Notes: generated from the sequence alone by a model not told the origin. A stretch of 64,000 bases of DNA from Erysipelotrichia bacterium (GCA_012520255.1 JAAYOQ010000002.1:1839-65838); one strand, 5' to 3'. Shown: positions 39,188-48,068, numbered from the stretch's first letter. Numbers and translations are program-made.

Positions 39188-39215
39188 ATTATATCACATT
39201 TGTGTTTTTTTACAA
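39188..39215 (-). promoter_or_regulatory. Sigma-A-type promoter for the ferredoxin gene
   Basis: The minus strand reads TTGTAA, a 16-nt spacer, then TATAAT, with TG one base upstream of the -10 (tgaTATAAT). It lies between the ymdB stop and the ferredoxin RBS. Confidence 0.55.
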
Positions 39216-39218
39216 TAT

Positions 39219-39992
39219 CTATGGCCTGATTTGTATTCTTTCAATATTGATTGCTTTTAAATCAGTCAAATCAATATCAACCACTACTGCTGATAAGATT
39301 GCCTCTTCAGTTGATATGGTGTACCTGGTTTTAATTTTATCAATCATTGAAGACAATACTTCATCTGTATCTCTTCCTAAAACTGAATTATAAGGACCAG
39401 TCATTCCAACATCACAAATAAAAGCACAGTTATCAAAAATAGCTTCATCAGCTGTTTGAATATGAGTATGAGTTCCAACTATCATTTGAACTTCCTGTTT
39501 AAAATATTGCATAAAGGCATATTTCTCACTGGTAGCTTCAGCATGAAGATCAACTATTTTGATATCGCAAGGATTATCTTTCAGCAATTGTTCAAATGCC
39601 TCAAAGGGAGTTTTAGTAACATTGCTCATAAATATTGTTCCACATACGTTGAAAATTCCAATTTTTCTATTATTGAAATTAATTATATGGGCCGATTTAC
39701 CAAAATTTTCAGGTTCAAGATTAGCTGGTCTGATTAATTTTTCAGCTTCATCAATAAAACTGTAAATATTATCTTTGCTGAATGTATGATTACCCATAGT
39801 TATGCAGTCAGCTCCAAGATTGATAAAAAAATCGTATATCTTTTTAGTTATTCCCTTACCATGAGCAGAATTTTCACCATTGACAATCAATAAATCATAA
39901 TTATATTTATCTTTCAAAAAGGGAAGATATTTGCTTAACGCTTTCCTTCCCTGTTTTCCAACAATATCACCGACAAATAAAATCCTGACCAT
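39219..39992 (-). CDS. ymdB: YmdB-family metallophosphoesterase (2',3'-cyclic-nucleotide phosphodiesterase)
   Basis: It has ILFVGDIVG, VNGENSAHGKG, MGNH and GTHTH. It lies directly downstream of rny, as in Bacillus. Confidence 0.87.
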   Translation of the reverse strand: MVRILFVGDIVGKQGRKALSKYLPFLKDKYNYDLLIVNGENSAHGKGITKKIYDFFINLGADCITMGNHTFSKDNIYSFIDEAEKLIRPANLEPENFGKSAHIINFNNRKIGIFNVCGTIFMSNVTKTPFEAFEQLLKDNPCDIKIVDLHAEATSEKYAFMQYFKQEVQMIVGTHTHIQTADEAIFDNCAFICDVGMTGPYNSVLGRDTDEVLSSMIDKIKTRYTISTEEAILSAVVVDIDLTDLKAINIERIQIRP

Positions 39993-41545
39993 TATTTTGC
40001 AGTCTCGCTTACTCTAGTTTCTCTTATTACATTAACTATAACCTGACCAGGATAAGTTAATTCATTTTCAATTCTATTTTTAATTTCTCTGGCAATTCTG
40101 TAGCAATTAGCATCATCAATTCTTTCTGGCTGCACCATAACTCTGATTTCTCTGCCAGCTTGAATAGCATATGATTTATCTACTCCTTCAAAACTATTGG
40201 CAATCTTTTCCAGTTCTTCAAGTCTGTTGACATAGTTTTCCAGAGATTCATATCTTGCTCCTGGTCTGGCAGCTGATAAAGTATCAGCAGCTGCTACCAG
40301 ATTAGCAATAACAGTATCAGGTTCTACATCACCGTGATGAGATGCAATTGCATTAATAACTACTTCATTTTCACCGTACTTTTTACAGACTTTGACACCT
40401 AACTCAACATGGCTTCCTTCCTGTTCAAAATCAATTGCCTTGCCGATGTCATGTAATAAACCTGCACGTTTAGCCAATGATTGTTTCAAGCCTAACTCAG
40501 CTGCCATCATTCCAGCTAAATGAGCAACTTCAATAGAATGTTGTAATACATTTTGACCATAGGAATAACGATATCTTAAGCGTCCGATTAATCTGATCAT
40601 TTCTCGATCAATTCTTCCCAAGCCTAACTGGAAAACAGCTTCTTCTCCAGCTTTTTGGATTACATCATTAATTTCGGCTGTTTTCTTTTGCACCACTTCT
40701 TCAATTCTGCCCGGTTGGATTCGACCATCTTTGATTAAATGCTCCATCGTTAAGCGGGCAACTTCTCTTCTGATTGGATCAAAACAGGAAATAGTAATTG
40801 TTTCTGGTGTATCATCAATGATTAAATCAACACCTGTAGCTTGTTCGATAGCTCGGATGTTTCTTCCTTCTCTTCCAATTATTCTTCCCTTCATCTCTTC
40901 TGAAGGTAAACCTACAACAGCAACAGTTCGATTAATTGTTTCTTCTTGTGAATATCTTTGAATCGCCTGGCCAATTATATTTTTAGCTTTATCACCAGCA
41001 ATGGCTTTAGCTTCTTCTTCCTGTTCTTTAATATATAATGCCATTTCATTGGCAGTTTGATTTTTGACGACTTCGAATAGTTCCTCTTTGGCTTCAGCAG
41101 CTGTCAGATTGGCAACTTTTTCTAATACGCCTGTTTGTATGTCAATTTTATTTTGTAATTCTGCTTGCATCTTGTCTAAATCAGCAGTTCTTCTATTTAA
41201 ATCGTTTAGTTTATCATCAACTTGTTTTTCTTTATTGTGTAATTTTTCCTCACGGAAATTAAGATTGTCATCTCTTCTTACTAATCTGTTCTCTAAATCT
41301 GTAACTTCCTGACGCTGTTTCTTTATTTCTTTTTCAGCATTAAGTTTTAATTCATAAGCCGCACTTCTACCATCTAATACTGCTTGTCTTTTAACAGCAT
41401 CAGCTTCGATATTCGCTTCTTTTATAACTAATTCAGCTTTTTGTTGATTTTTGTTTAAACCGATTTTAGACATAACATTCATAACTATTATGCCTACTAT
41501 TAAACCTGCACTAATTCCCAAGATGAAGGCTGTAGTTGTATTCAT
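39992..41545 (-). CDS. rny: Ribonuclease Y
   Basis: It has an N-terminal TM helix, a coiled coil, a KH domain (GRIIGREGRNIR) and an HD domain (HSIEVAHLAG...LLHDIGKA). Confidence 0.93.
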   Translation of the reverse strand: MNTTTAFILGISAGLIVGIIVMNVMSKIGLNKNQQKAELVIKEANIEADAVKRQAVLDGRSAAYELKLNAEKEIKKQRQEVTDLENRLVRRDDNLNFREEKLHNKEKQVDDKLNDLNRRTADLDKMQAELQNKIDIQTGVLEKVANLTAAEAKEELFEVVKNQTANEMALYIKEQEEEAKAIAGDKAKNIIGQAIQRYSQEETINRTVAVVGLPSEEMKGRIIGREGRNIRAIEQATGVDLIIDDTPETITISCFDPIRREVARLTMEHLIKDGRIQPGRIEEVVQKKTAEINDVIQKAGEEAVFQLGLGRIDREMIRLIGRLRYRYSYGQNVLQHSIEVAHLAGMMAAELGLKQSLAKRAGLLHDIGKAIDFEQEGSHVELGVKVCKKYGENEVVINAIASHHGDVEPDTVIANLVAAADTLSAARPGARYESLENYVNRLEELEKIANSFEGVDKSYAIQAGREIRVMVQPERIDDANCYRIAREIKNRIENELTYPGQVIVNVIRETRVSETAK

Positions 41546-41585
41546 ATATTAAACCCTCCATCTATTTTTTTAAATTAACACTATC

Positions 41586-41594
41586 ATTCTACCA
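41586..41594 (-). promoter_or_regulatory. Extended -10 element (TGgTAGAAT) upstream of rny
   Basis: The minus strand reads aaaatgTGgTAGAATgat, about 40 nt upstream of the rny ATG. The RBS is GGAGGG. Confidence 0.4.
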
Positions 41595-41768
41595 CATTTT
41601 TGTCATATTTCCATACTTTCCAGCAAAATTGTATCTTGAAATTGTTAAATTCGAATGATTTTTCACTTTCAATTTTTAATTCAATAAAGATTATTTCTGG
41701 CTTTATTATCTGAAATCGACTAAACAAAAAGCTCGTTTTCTTTTTTAGTCACAAACTTTTTGTTTTTC

Positions 41769-41927
41769 TTACTCTGAAAAAGAAAACATATCTTTGCCGA
41801 CACCACAAAGAGGACAGACAAAGTCTTCTGGTTGTTCATCAAACTTTGTGCCGAAAGTTATTCCACCATCTTCATAACCAATTGTCTCATCATATTCCCA
41901 ACCACAAACATCACAAACACATTTCAT
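41769..41927 (-). CDS. Rubredoxin (52 aa; below the ORF-track length cutoff)
   Basis: My hand translation is MKCVCDVCGWEYDETIGYEDGGITFGTKFDEQPEDFVCPLCGVGKDMFSFSE. It has two CxxC pairs, the GY/W.YD and FED.P.D..CP.CG..K..F signature, and an AAAGGAAA RBS. Confidence 0.8.
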   Translation of the reverse strand: MKCVCDVCGWEYDETIGYEDGGITFGTKFDEQPEDFVCPLCGVGKDMFSFSE

Positions 41928-41991
41928 TTTTTTATTTCCTTTCTAAATATATATAAACAAGATTTCATAATTATAGAATCTCTTTATACTT

Positions 41992-42224
41992 CTACTTTAT
42001 TTTTTCAAAATCAGCTACACCATGTTTACATAAAGGACAGATAATATCATCAAAAAGAATGTCTGCCTGATGAATATATCCACATATCAGACACACAAAT
42101 CCTTTTTTACCATCAATTTTTGGTTTTGGTTTAACATTTCCAGATAGTATGTATAAGACATTGTCTCTTTTTGAGAAATAACACGTGCTTCAGTTACAGT
42201 ACCGACAAACATTCCAAATGTAGT
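41992..42224 (-). pseudogene. 5'-truncated, frameshifted relic of a flavin-reductase/rubredoxin fusion gene
   Basis: One frame reads (stop)TTFGMFVGTVTEARVISQKETMSYTYYLE..., which resembles the end of a flavin-reductase domain. A second frame continues ...SGNVKPKPKIDGKKGFVCLICGYIHQADILFDDIICPLCKHGVADFEKIK(stop), a rubredoxin-type CxxC...CxxC domain. There is no usable start codon and an upstream stop at 42225-42227. Confidence 0.5.
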
Positions 42225-42282
42225 TTATTTTTATCAACTTTTCAATATCAGGGTTAAAACTTTATTTTTAATATGATTCAAT

Positions 42283-42313
42283 AAAAAAAGAGAAAAATTT
42301 AAAAAACTTCTCT
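42283..42313 (-). terminator. Weak rho-independent terminator after recA
   Basis: On the minus strand, AGAGAA, a 13-nt loop and TTCTCT are followed by TTTTTTT. It lies about 35 nt past the recA stop. Confidence 0.4.
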
Positions 42314-42349
42314 CTATCACTATAAATTTATATCCAATAAAGAAATTGC

Positions 42350-43348
42350 TTAATCTTTACTTGAACGAATTATTTCATTCAGCTTCCTATTAATATCTTC
42401 ATAGATTTCAGGATTGGCATTTAAAAATAATCTGACATTTTCTCTACCTTGGCCAATCTTCTCTCCCTGATATGAAAACCAGGAACCTGACTTGTCAATC
42501 AGTCCATGTTCAACACCTAGGTCAATTACTTCGGCAACACGTGATATTCCTTCACCATATCTGATTTCAACCTGCGCTGTTTTAAATGGTGGGGCAACTT
42601 TATTTTTCACTATCTTAACATTTACCTTGTTACCAATAATTTCAGAACCTTGTTTAATTGCTTCACCTTTTCTGACATCAACTCTGATAGAAGAATAGAA
42701 TTTTAAAGCTCTTCCACCAGTAGTTACTTCTGGATTTCCATAAATAATACCTATTTTTTCTCTTAACTGGTTAATAAAAATTACTGTACATTTACTTTTA
42801 TTCATCACACCGGATAATTTTCTCATCGCTTTAGACATCAGTCTGGCCTGTAATCCCATATTGGTATCAGACATAATACCATCAAGCTCTGCCTGTGGTA
42901 CTAAAGCAGCTACAGAGTCAACTACAAGCAGATCAATAGCACCGGATTTAATTAATAATTCAGCAATCTCCAAAGCCTGTTCACCTGAATCGGGCTGAGA
43001 CAAAATTAAATCATCTATTTGAACTCCTAAATTTTTAGCATACATTGGATCAATCGCATTTTCGGCATCGATAAATGCCGCTTTCCCACCCGTTTTTTGA
43101 ACTTCTGCAATTGCATGAAGAGCCAAAGTAGTTTTACCACTTGATTCAGGACCAAATATTTCAACAATTCTTCCTCTTGGATAACCACCAATTCCTAAAG
43201 CCTGGTCAATCAAAAGTGAACCTGAGCTAATCGCATCTTCTTCAACTTTTACACTATCACCAAGTCTCATGATTGAGCCTTTTCCATAGGTTTTTTCAAT
43301 TTCCTTAATAGTTTGAGCTAAAGCTTCGTTTTCTTTTTTGACAGACAT
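42350..43348 (-). CDS. recA: Recombinase RecA
   Basis: It has the Walker [10 protein letters not shown], plus [15 protein letters not shown] and [11 protein letters not shown]. The ATG at 43348 is 7 nt after GGAGG; the track start is a TTG two codons upstream. Confidence 0.95.
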   Translation of the reverse strand: MSVKKENEALAQTIKEIEKTYGKGSIMRLGDSVKVEEDAISSGSLLIDQALGIGGYPRGRIVEIFGPESSGKTTLALHAIAEVQKTGGKAAFIDAENAIDPMYAKNLGVQIDDLILSQPDSGEQALEIAELLIKSGAIDLLVVDSVAALVPQAELDGIMSDTNMGLQARLMSKAMRKLSGVMNKSKCTVIFINQLREKIGIIYGNPEVTTGGRALKFYSSIRVDVRKGEAIKQGSEIIGNKVNVKIVKNKVAPPFKTAQVEIRYGEGISRVAEVIDLGVEHGLIDKSGSWFSYQGEKIGQGRENVRLFLNANPEIYEDINRKLNEIIRSSKD

Positions 43349-43396
43349 AAACAATCCTCCTAAACAATAATCATCAATTTATTACCATAATCCTAA

Positions 43397-43990
43397 TTAC
43401 TTACTTTCAAATATAATTCCTTTTGCCTGATTGAAATAATCAATACCACCTAAAACAGAAATAATTGTCGAAAACCATAATAGTACATCCGCTACAGGTA
43501 AGCCAATTAATTCAAATGGTAAGTTGTTTAATAGAATTAAAATAATACAAAGCATCTGTGATACAGTTTTTATTTTTCCAAGTGGTCCGGCCGCCATAAT
43601 AAAGTTTTTTGAAGCTGCAATCAATCGAATTCCATCTACAATTGTATCTCTCCAAACCATGATCATGACAGGAATCGCATTGATAATATTGCTGGAAGCA
43701 AAAATAATAAATAAAGTTGTTGTCAGACATTTATCCGCAATTGGATCAATAAACTTTCCAAAGGTGGTAATCTGATTAGTGCTTCTGGCTATTATTCCAT
43801 CAACAAAATCTGAAATAGCTCCTATTATAAAAACAACCAAAGCGATAATATTTTTTAAAGATATTGACACTGTACCAAAATAATATACAGGTAATTCAAT
43901 TCCTAATTGAGCATATGGAAAATACCATACCAAAACTATAATTGGAATCAATACTAATCTAAAGACTGAAATTCTATTTGGTAAATTCAT
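43397..43990 (-). CDS. pgsA: CDP-diacylglycerol--glycerol-3-phosphate 3-phosphatidyltransferase
   Basis: The CDP-alcohol phosphotransferase motif is DFVDGIIARSTNQITTFGKFIDPIADK. It has the pgsA-recA neighbourhood typical of Firmicutes. Confidence 0.88.
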   Translation of the reverse strand: MNLPNRISVFRLVLIPIIVLVWYFPYAQLGIELPVYYFGTVSISLKNIIALVVFIIGAISDFVDGIIARSTNQITTFGKFIDPIADKCLTTTLFIIFASSNIINAIPVMIMVWRDTIVDGIRLIAASKNFIMAAGPLGKIKTVSQMLCIILILLNNLPFELIGLPVADVLLWFSTIISVLGGIDYFNQAKGIIFESK

Positions 43991-44030
43991 AAAACGTTGT
44001 TCTCCTCGCTTTAAATTATATCATATTTAC

Positions 44031-44059
44031 ATTTTATAACATACTTGAATTTATTTCAA
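44031..44059 (-). promoter_or_regulatory. Candidate sigma-A promoter for pgsA-recA
   Basis: The minus strand reads TTGAAA, a 17-nt spacer, then TAAAAT. It lies just downstream of the rnpB terminator. Confidence 0.4.
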
Positions 44060-44060
44060 G

Positions 44061-44086
44061 ATAAATAAAATAGCGCCTTAACGCTA
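44061..44086 (-). terminator. Terminator after RNase P RNA
   Basis: On the minus strand, TAGCG-ttaagg-CGCTA is followed by TTTTATTTAT. Confidence 0.55.
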
Positions 44087-44091
44087 TTTAT

Positions 44092-44430
44092 TTCAACTAA
44101 CTGTAAGCCATGTTCTGTTCCTGAATACAGGCAGCAATCATTTATCTAGGCAAACGCCTCCCTTTTGACTTCATTTCGTCAAACTTTGGGCTCCCCTACC
44201 AAATTTGGGTTTCTCACTTATGGGGTTTACATCGTTCCACTTTTATGTTTCCATAAAACTTCGTCACTGTTGCACCTTAGAGTCCTCATCCATATTTTAA
44301 AAACTTAGGATTAGTGACCGCCGTCTTCGCCTGGCCTTATTTTTTAGGCCAGCATAAACACTACTTTCATCGCAGAAAGTGTGAGCATGGACTTTCCTCT
44401 ACCTGAAAGGCAGCGATTGCTTCGTTAGTT
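44092..44430 (-). ncRNA. rnpB: RNase P RNA, Bacillus (type B) class
   Basis: The minus strand reads AACTAACGAAGCAATCGCTGCC...GTAGAGGAAAGTCCATGCTCACAC...GTGACGAAG...GTAAACCCC...GAGAAACCCAAATTTGGTAGGGGA...GATGATTGCTGCC...ACAGAACATGGCTTACAGTTAGTT. It has the conserved P4 strands, and the P1 pairing AACTAAC/GTTAGTT defines the ends. Its position next to gpsB matches B. subtilis. Confidence 0.85.
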
Positions 44431-44767
44431 ATTTACGATTAAATACTTCCTGTTCTAATCTGGCAATTCTTCTTAATATATCAACTTGAGATAAATTGCT
44501 GACAACAGGTGATTGATTAGCGTTGTTCTCCTCTGATTGAGCAAGTTTCATTTCCAGGTCAACTACTCTTTCTTTTAAACCGTCATTGGCATTCTGTAGA
44601 AAAGCTATCTGATTCTTTAGTTCTAAGATTAATTGTTGAAAGCCATCATAATCTTTAACAACCATATCTAAAAAAGTATCAACTTCAATAGGAGAATACC
44701 CTTTAAAATCAATGTTAAATTCCTTGTTTAAAATAGTATCGATATCTAAAACAATATTCTTTTCCAT
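44429..44767 (-). CDS. gpsB: Cell-cycle protein GpsB (DivIVA-domain)
   Basis: ILNKEFNIDFKGYSPIEVDTFLDMVVKDYD is a DivIVA/GpsB N-domain, followed by a short coiled coil. The ATG at 44767 is 9 nt after GAGGA. Confidence 0.8.
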   Translation of the reverse strand: MEKNIVLDIDTILNKEFNIDFKGYSPIEVDTFLDMVVKDYDGFQQLILELKNQIAFLQNANDGLKERVVDLEMKLAQSEENNANQSPVVSNLSQVDILRRIARLEQEVFNRK

Positions 44768-45019
44768 ATGCACACATCCTCAAACTAATTTTATAAGAAT
44801 AAGGATGATATTTCAAGTTAAACATCATATAAACTGTTTCCTTTAATCTGGCTTTTTAATATCTTTTTATTCATTGCAATTTTTTTATCGGCAAACAAAA
44901 GTATTCAATACTCAAAAATAAAAACTCTTTCAGCTTAACAAACTGGAAATTCGTTAAATAAATTAATATAATAATTATTGTAGAGCAAATTTTAAAATAA
45001 TGAAAAGGAAGTAAGAGAT

Positions 45020-47176
45020 ATGAAATTTATAACAATGGCAATAGTAAACCAAACTGTTGGAATCAAGACATCAGTTTATACATCTCAACAAACAATTTTT
45101 ACTATTTATGTTTTGAGCGGTTTAACAATTCTGGCGGCATTCCTATATGCACTTTATTTGACCAGTTGGGTCAAAGCACAGCCGAATAAAAACCCAACTA
45201 TCAAACATATTGCCACTCTTATACGCAGTGGTGCAGATGCTTTTATGAAAAAAGAATATCGTATTCTCGCATCATTTTCATCAATATTTGCGATATTAAT
45301 ATTAATTTTTTTACCTAACCCGATATGGATTTCTGATAACATCAGTGAAAATATAATTATGGCAATCGTTTATCTGTTGGGCACATTGTTTTCAGCTATA
45401 GCTGGAAAAATCGGTATTTATGTCGCCTCTTTAGCCAATGCACGTACTGCTGAAGCTGCTACTTCGGGAATCAGACCTGCTTTCAGAATTGCTTTCCGCG
45501 GTGGTGCTGTTATGGGACTTCTGGTAGTAGGATCCTGTCTGCTTGGAGTTATGGGTGTCATGATATTGATAGGTGATGCCACAGTGTTACTCAGTTTTTC
45601 ATTTGGAGCCAGTTCTTTAGCCCTGTTTGCCAAGGCCGGTGGCGGAATATTTACAAAAACTGCAGATATCAGTGCTGATCTGGTAGGAAAAGTTGAGTTG
45701 AATATTCCAGAAGATGATCCTCGTAATCCAGCAGTTATTGCAGACAATGTCGGTGATAATGTGGGCGATGTAGCTGGTATGGGAGCTGACTTATTTGATT
45801 CTAATGTTGCCTCAATGTCTGCTGCTCTGGTTATGGCTACGATGTTAGATGGTGGTACAGGCGCCAACGTAATGATGGTATTTTGCTATGCCGCTTTTGG
45901 CCTTCTGGCATCTATAGTGGGCATTTCTACCGCTAAGGTAGGTGAAGACGACAATCCCACAAAAGCATTAAATTCTTCTACATATGTAACCACAGGAATT
46001 TTTCTGATTCTAACAGCACTGGCCACATACATTTTCCCTGGTTTTCAATGGCGAATCTGGGGTGCTTCTACTGCCGGGCTTTTAGTCGGTGTAATTATCG
46101 GTCTGGTAACCAATTACTTCACCGATGGCGATTATCCAATAATAAAAAAAGTAGCCCATGCTTCTAAGGCAGGCCCTGCATTTACTATTCTCTCAGGTAT
46201 ATCATACAGTTTTATATCTGTGTTACCTTCTATGGCCGGTATTGCTGTATCTTCCCTTATCGCATACACTCTTTGCGAGCCATTAGGTTCTGGTTATGGT
46301 ATGTACGGTATTTCAATGGCTGCAGTTGGGATGCTATCAATTGTCGGAATGATTATATCAAATGATGCTTACGGTCCTATTGTTGACAATGCACGTGGTC
46401 TGGCTGAAATGGGAGCTTTAGGTATAGAAACCATTCGCAATGCTGATGAATTGGACAGTGCAGGCAATACCGTTAAAGCTATTACAAAAGGGTTTGCCAT
46501 TGGCGCTGCTGGATTGACAGTTATTTCCTTGTTGGGGGCTTTCAAAAGTGAAGTTAACGAAGCATTGATTCTTATGGGAAATACAGAAGAGATATTGACT
46601 GGCTTTAATATCATGGATCCTAAAGTGTTCTTTGGTATCTTGGTGGGAGGAGCTATTCCTGCTGTATTTTCAGCTATGCTGATTCTAGGTGTTGAAAAAA
46701 ATGCGGAACGCATGATTGACGAAATTCATCGCCAGTTTAATGAAATTGAAGGTCTGCGTGATGGATTAGCTGGGGTAGAGCCTGATTACAACAAATGCAT
46801 TGACATAGCTACTACTGGTGCTTTAAAAGAATTGATTCCAGCCGGATTGATGACTATTGTTGCTACAGTATTAGTAGGACTGATAGGAGGAGTTCATGCT
46901 GTTGGAGGCTTTCTTTTAGGAAACATTGTCACAGGATTGCTGTTAGCTTTGTTTATGTCTAATGCAGGAGGTTTATGGGATAATGCCAAGAAATATATTG
47001 AAGCCGGTAATGAAGGCGGTATTGGATCTGAGGAACACAAAGCTGCCGTCATCGGTGATACTGTGGGTGATCCTTTTAAAGATACTGCTGGTCCTTCAAT
47101 CAATACTCAAATTACCGTTGTATCTTTAGTTGCTTCACTGATGGCGAAAATTTTCCTTATTTTTTCAATATTTTAA
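45020..47176 (+). CDS. hppA: Membrane-integral H+/Na+-translocating pyrophosphatase
   Basis: A 718-aa polytopic protein with GGGIFTKTADISADLVGKVE, DDPRNPAVIADNVGDNVGD and GDTVGDPFKDTAGPS. Confidence 0.93.
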   Translation: MKFITMAIVNQTVGIKTSVYTSQQTIFTIYVLSGLTILAAFLYALYLTSWVKAQPNKNPTIKHIATLIRSGADAFMKKEYRILASFSSIFAILILIFLPNPIWISDNISENIIMAIVYLLGTLFSAIAGKIGIYVASLANARTAEAATSGIRPAFRIAFRGGAVMGLLVVGSCLLGVMGVMILIGDATVLLSFSFGASSLALFAKAGGGIFTKTADISADLVGKVELNIPEDDPRNPAVIADNVGDNVGDVAGMGADLFDSNVASMSAALVMATMLDGGTGANVMMVFCYAAFGLLASIVGISTAKVGEDDNPTKALNSSTYVTTGIFLILTALATYIFPGFQWRIWGASTAGLLVGVIIGLVTNYFTDGDYPIIKKVAHASKAGPAFTILSGISYSFISVLPSMAGIAVSSLIAYTLCEPLGSGYGMYGISMAAVGMLSIVGMIISNDAYGPIVDNARGLAEMGALGIETIRNADELDSAGNTVKAITKGFAIGAAGLTVISLLGAFKSEVNEALILMGNTEEILTGFNIMDPKVFFGILVGGAIPAVFSAMLILGVEKNAERMIDEIHRQFNEIEGLRDGLAGVEPDYNKCIDIATTGALKELIPAGLMTIVATVLVGLIGGVHAVGGFLLGNIVTGLLLALFMSNAGGLWDNAKKYIEAGNEGGIGSEEHKAAVIGDTVGDPFKDTAGPSINTQITVVSLVASLMAKIFLIFSIF

Positions 47177-47291
47177 GTTATTCAGTTTATGATCTCAATT
47201 ATTCTAATCAGATTTATATTAATAATTACTATTTTATTGATAAAAATTTGATTTTTTTATTATCATGATTTCAAAGCAAGATAGCTATTAT

Positions 47292-47320
47292 AAAAAAAAG
47301 AAAAAGAGTTGATCTCTTTT
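47292..47320. terminator. Bidirectional terminator between hppA and yebC
   Basis: AAAAGAG-ttgat-CTCTTTT (47302-47320) has an A-run on the left, which supplies a long T-run for the minus-strand yebC transcript. Confidence 0.6.
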
Positions 47321-47336
47321 CCTAATGTTGTACTCA

Positions 47337-48068
47337 TCAATGCTCTTCAATATTTTCAACATTGTGGTAGATATTTTGAACATCGTCGACTTCGTCTAAT
47401 AAATTCAATACTCTTTTAAAATGATCGATATCTTCTTTTTCTGTTAAAATGACCATTTCTTTTGGTAACATTCTATGTTCCAAAATTAAGAATTCTGTTT
47501 CTGTTTTTTGTTGTTCAATAGCATCCTTGCTCTTAAATAAGTCTGCCGGATCTACATATACTGTAATATATCCATCATCTTCAATTTCAACATCAATCAC
47601 ATTTACTTCGGCTAGCATTAGAATATCTAACACTTCATCTACGTCTGCTTCAAATGATAAAATTCCTACATGATCATACATATATGATACACATCCAGCC
47701 TGGCCTAAATTCATCTTTGCTTTATTAAAACATCCTCTTATTTCGGCCAAAGTCCTGTTTGAATTATCAGTCAGGGTATCAATAATAATCGTTGAACCTG
47801 CAGGGCCAAAACCTTCATATCTATTTTCCATGTAGGCTTCAGTATTGCCTCCTTTAGCCCTTTCGATATTTCTTTTAATAATATCAGCCGGAACCTGAGC
47901 AGCTTTTGCTCTATCGATTACCCTTTTTAAGTTAAGGTTCATCTCTGGATCGGGAACACCACCTTTAGCAGCCATATAAATTTCTTTGCCAAATCTTGAA
48001 TAAATTTTTGTCTTCTTTGCAGCTGTAGCAGCCATGCTGGCAGCTCTAACCTGAAAAGCGCGTCCCAT
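47337..48068 (-). CDS. yebC: YebC/PmpR-family transcriptional regulator
   Basis: It has the N-terminus MGRAFQVRAASMAATAAKKTKIYSRFGKEI, plus NLKRVIDRAKAAQVP. Confidence 0.9.
   Translation of the reverse strand: MGRAFQVRAASMAATAAKKTKIYSRFGKEIYMAAKGGVPDPEMNLNLKRVIDRAKAAQVPADIIKRNIERAKGGNTEAYMENRYEGFGPAGSTIIIDTLTDNSNRTLAEIRGCFNKAKMNLGQAGCVSYMYDHVGILSFEADVDEVLDILMLAEVNVIDVEIEDDGYITVYVDPADLFKSKDAIEQQKTETEFLILEHRMLPKEMVILTEKEDIDHFKRVLNLLDEVDDVQNIYHNVENIEEH

Noticed and set aside
41690-41768. Nested inverted repeats (AAACAAAAAG/CTTTTTGTTT and GACTAAA/TTTAGTC) just downstream of the rubredoxin stop, considered as a riboswitch or attenuator for rny
   Set aside because: The stems are A/T-rich homopolymer pairings and no conserved riboswitch core is recognisable. 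The likely rny promoter lies downstream of them. At most they form a weak terminator for rubredoxin.
41832-42044. A 70-aa plus-strand ORF in the recA-rny intergenic region
   Set aside because: Its translation is low-complexity (FIKLCAESYSTIFITNCLIIF...). The opposite strand encodes a textbook rubredoxin and a rubredoxin-domain relic, which explain why the frame stays open.
45154-47103. Several antisense ORFs inside hppA (45154-45342, 45418-45867, 46369-46713, 46894-47103), up to 149 aa
   Set aside because: They are low-complexity Ala/Pro/Ser-rich translations of the opposite strand of a Gly/Ala-rich gene. They have no RBS and no recognisable motifs, whereas the plus-strand pyrophosphatase reading is unambiguous.
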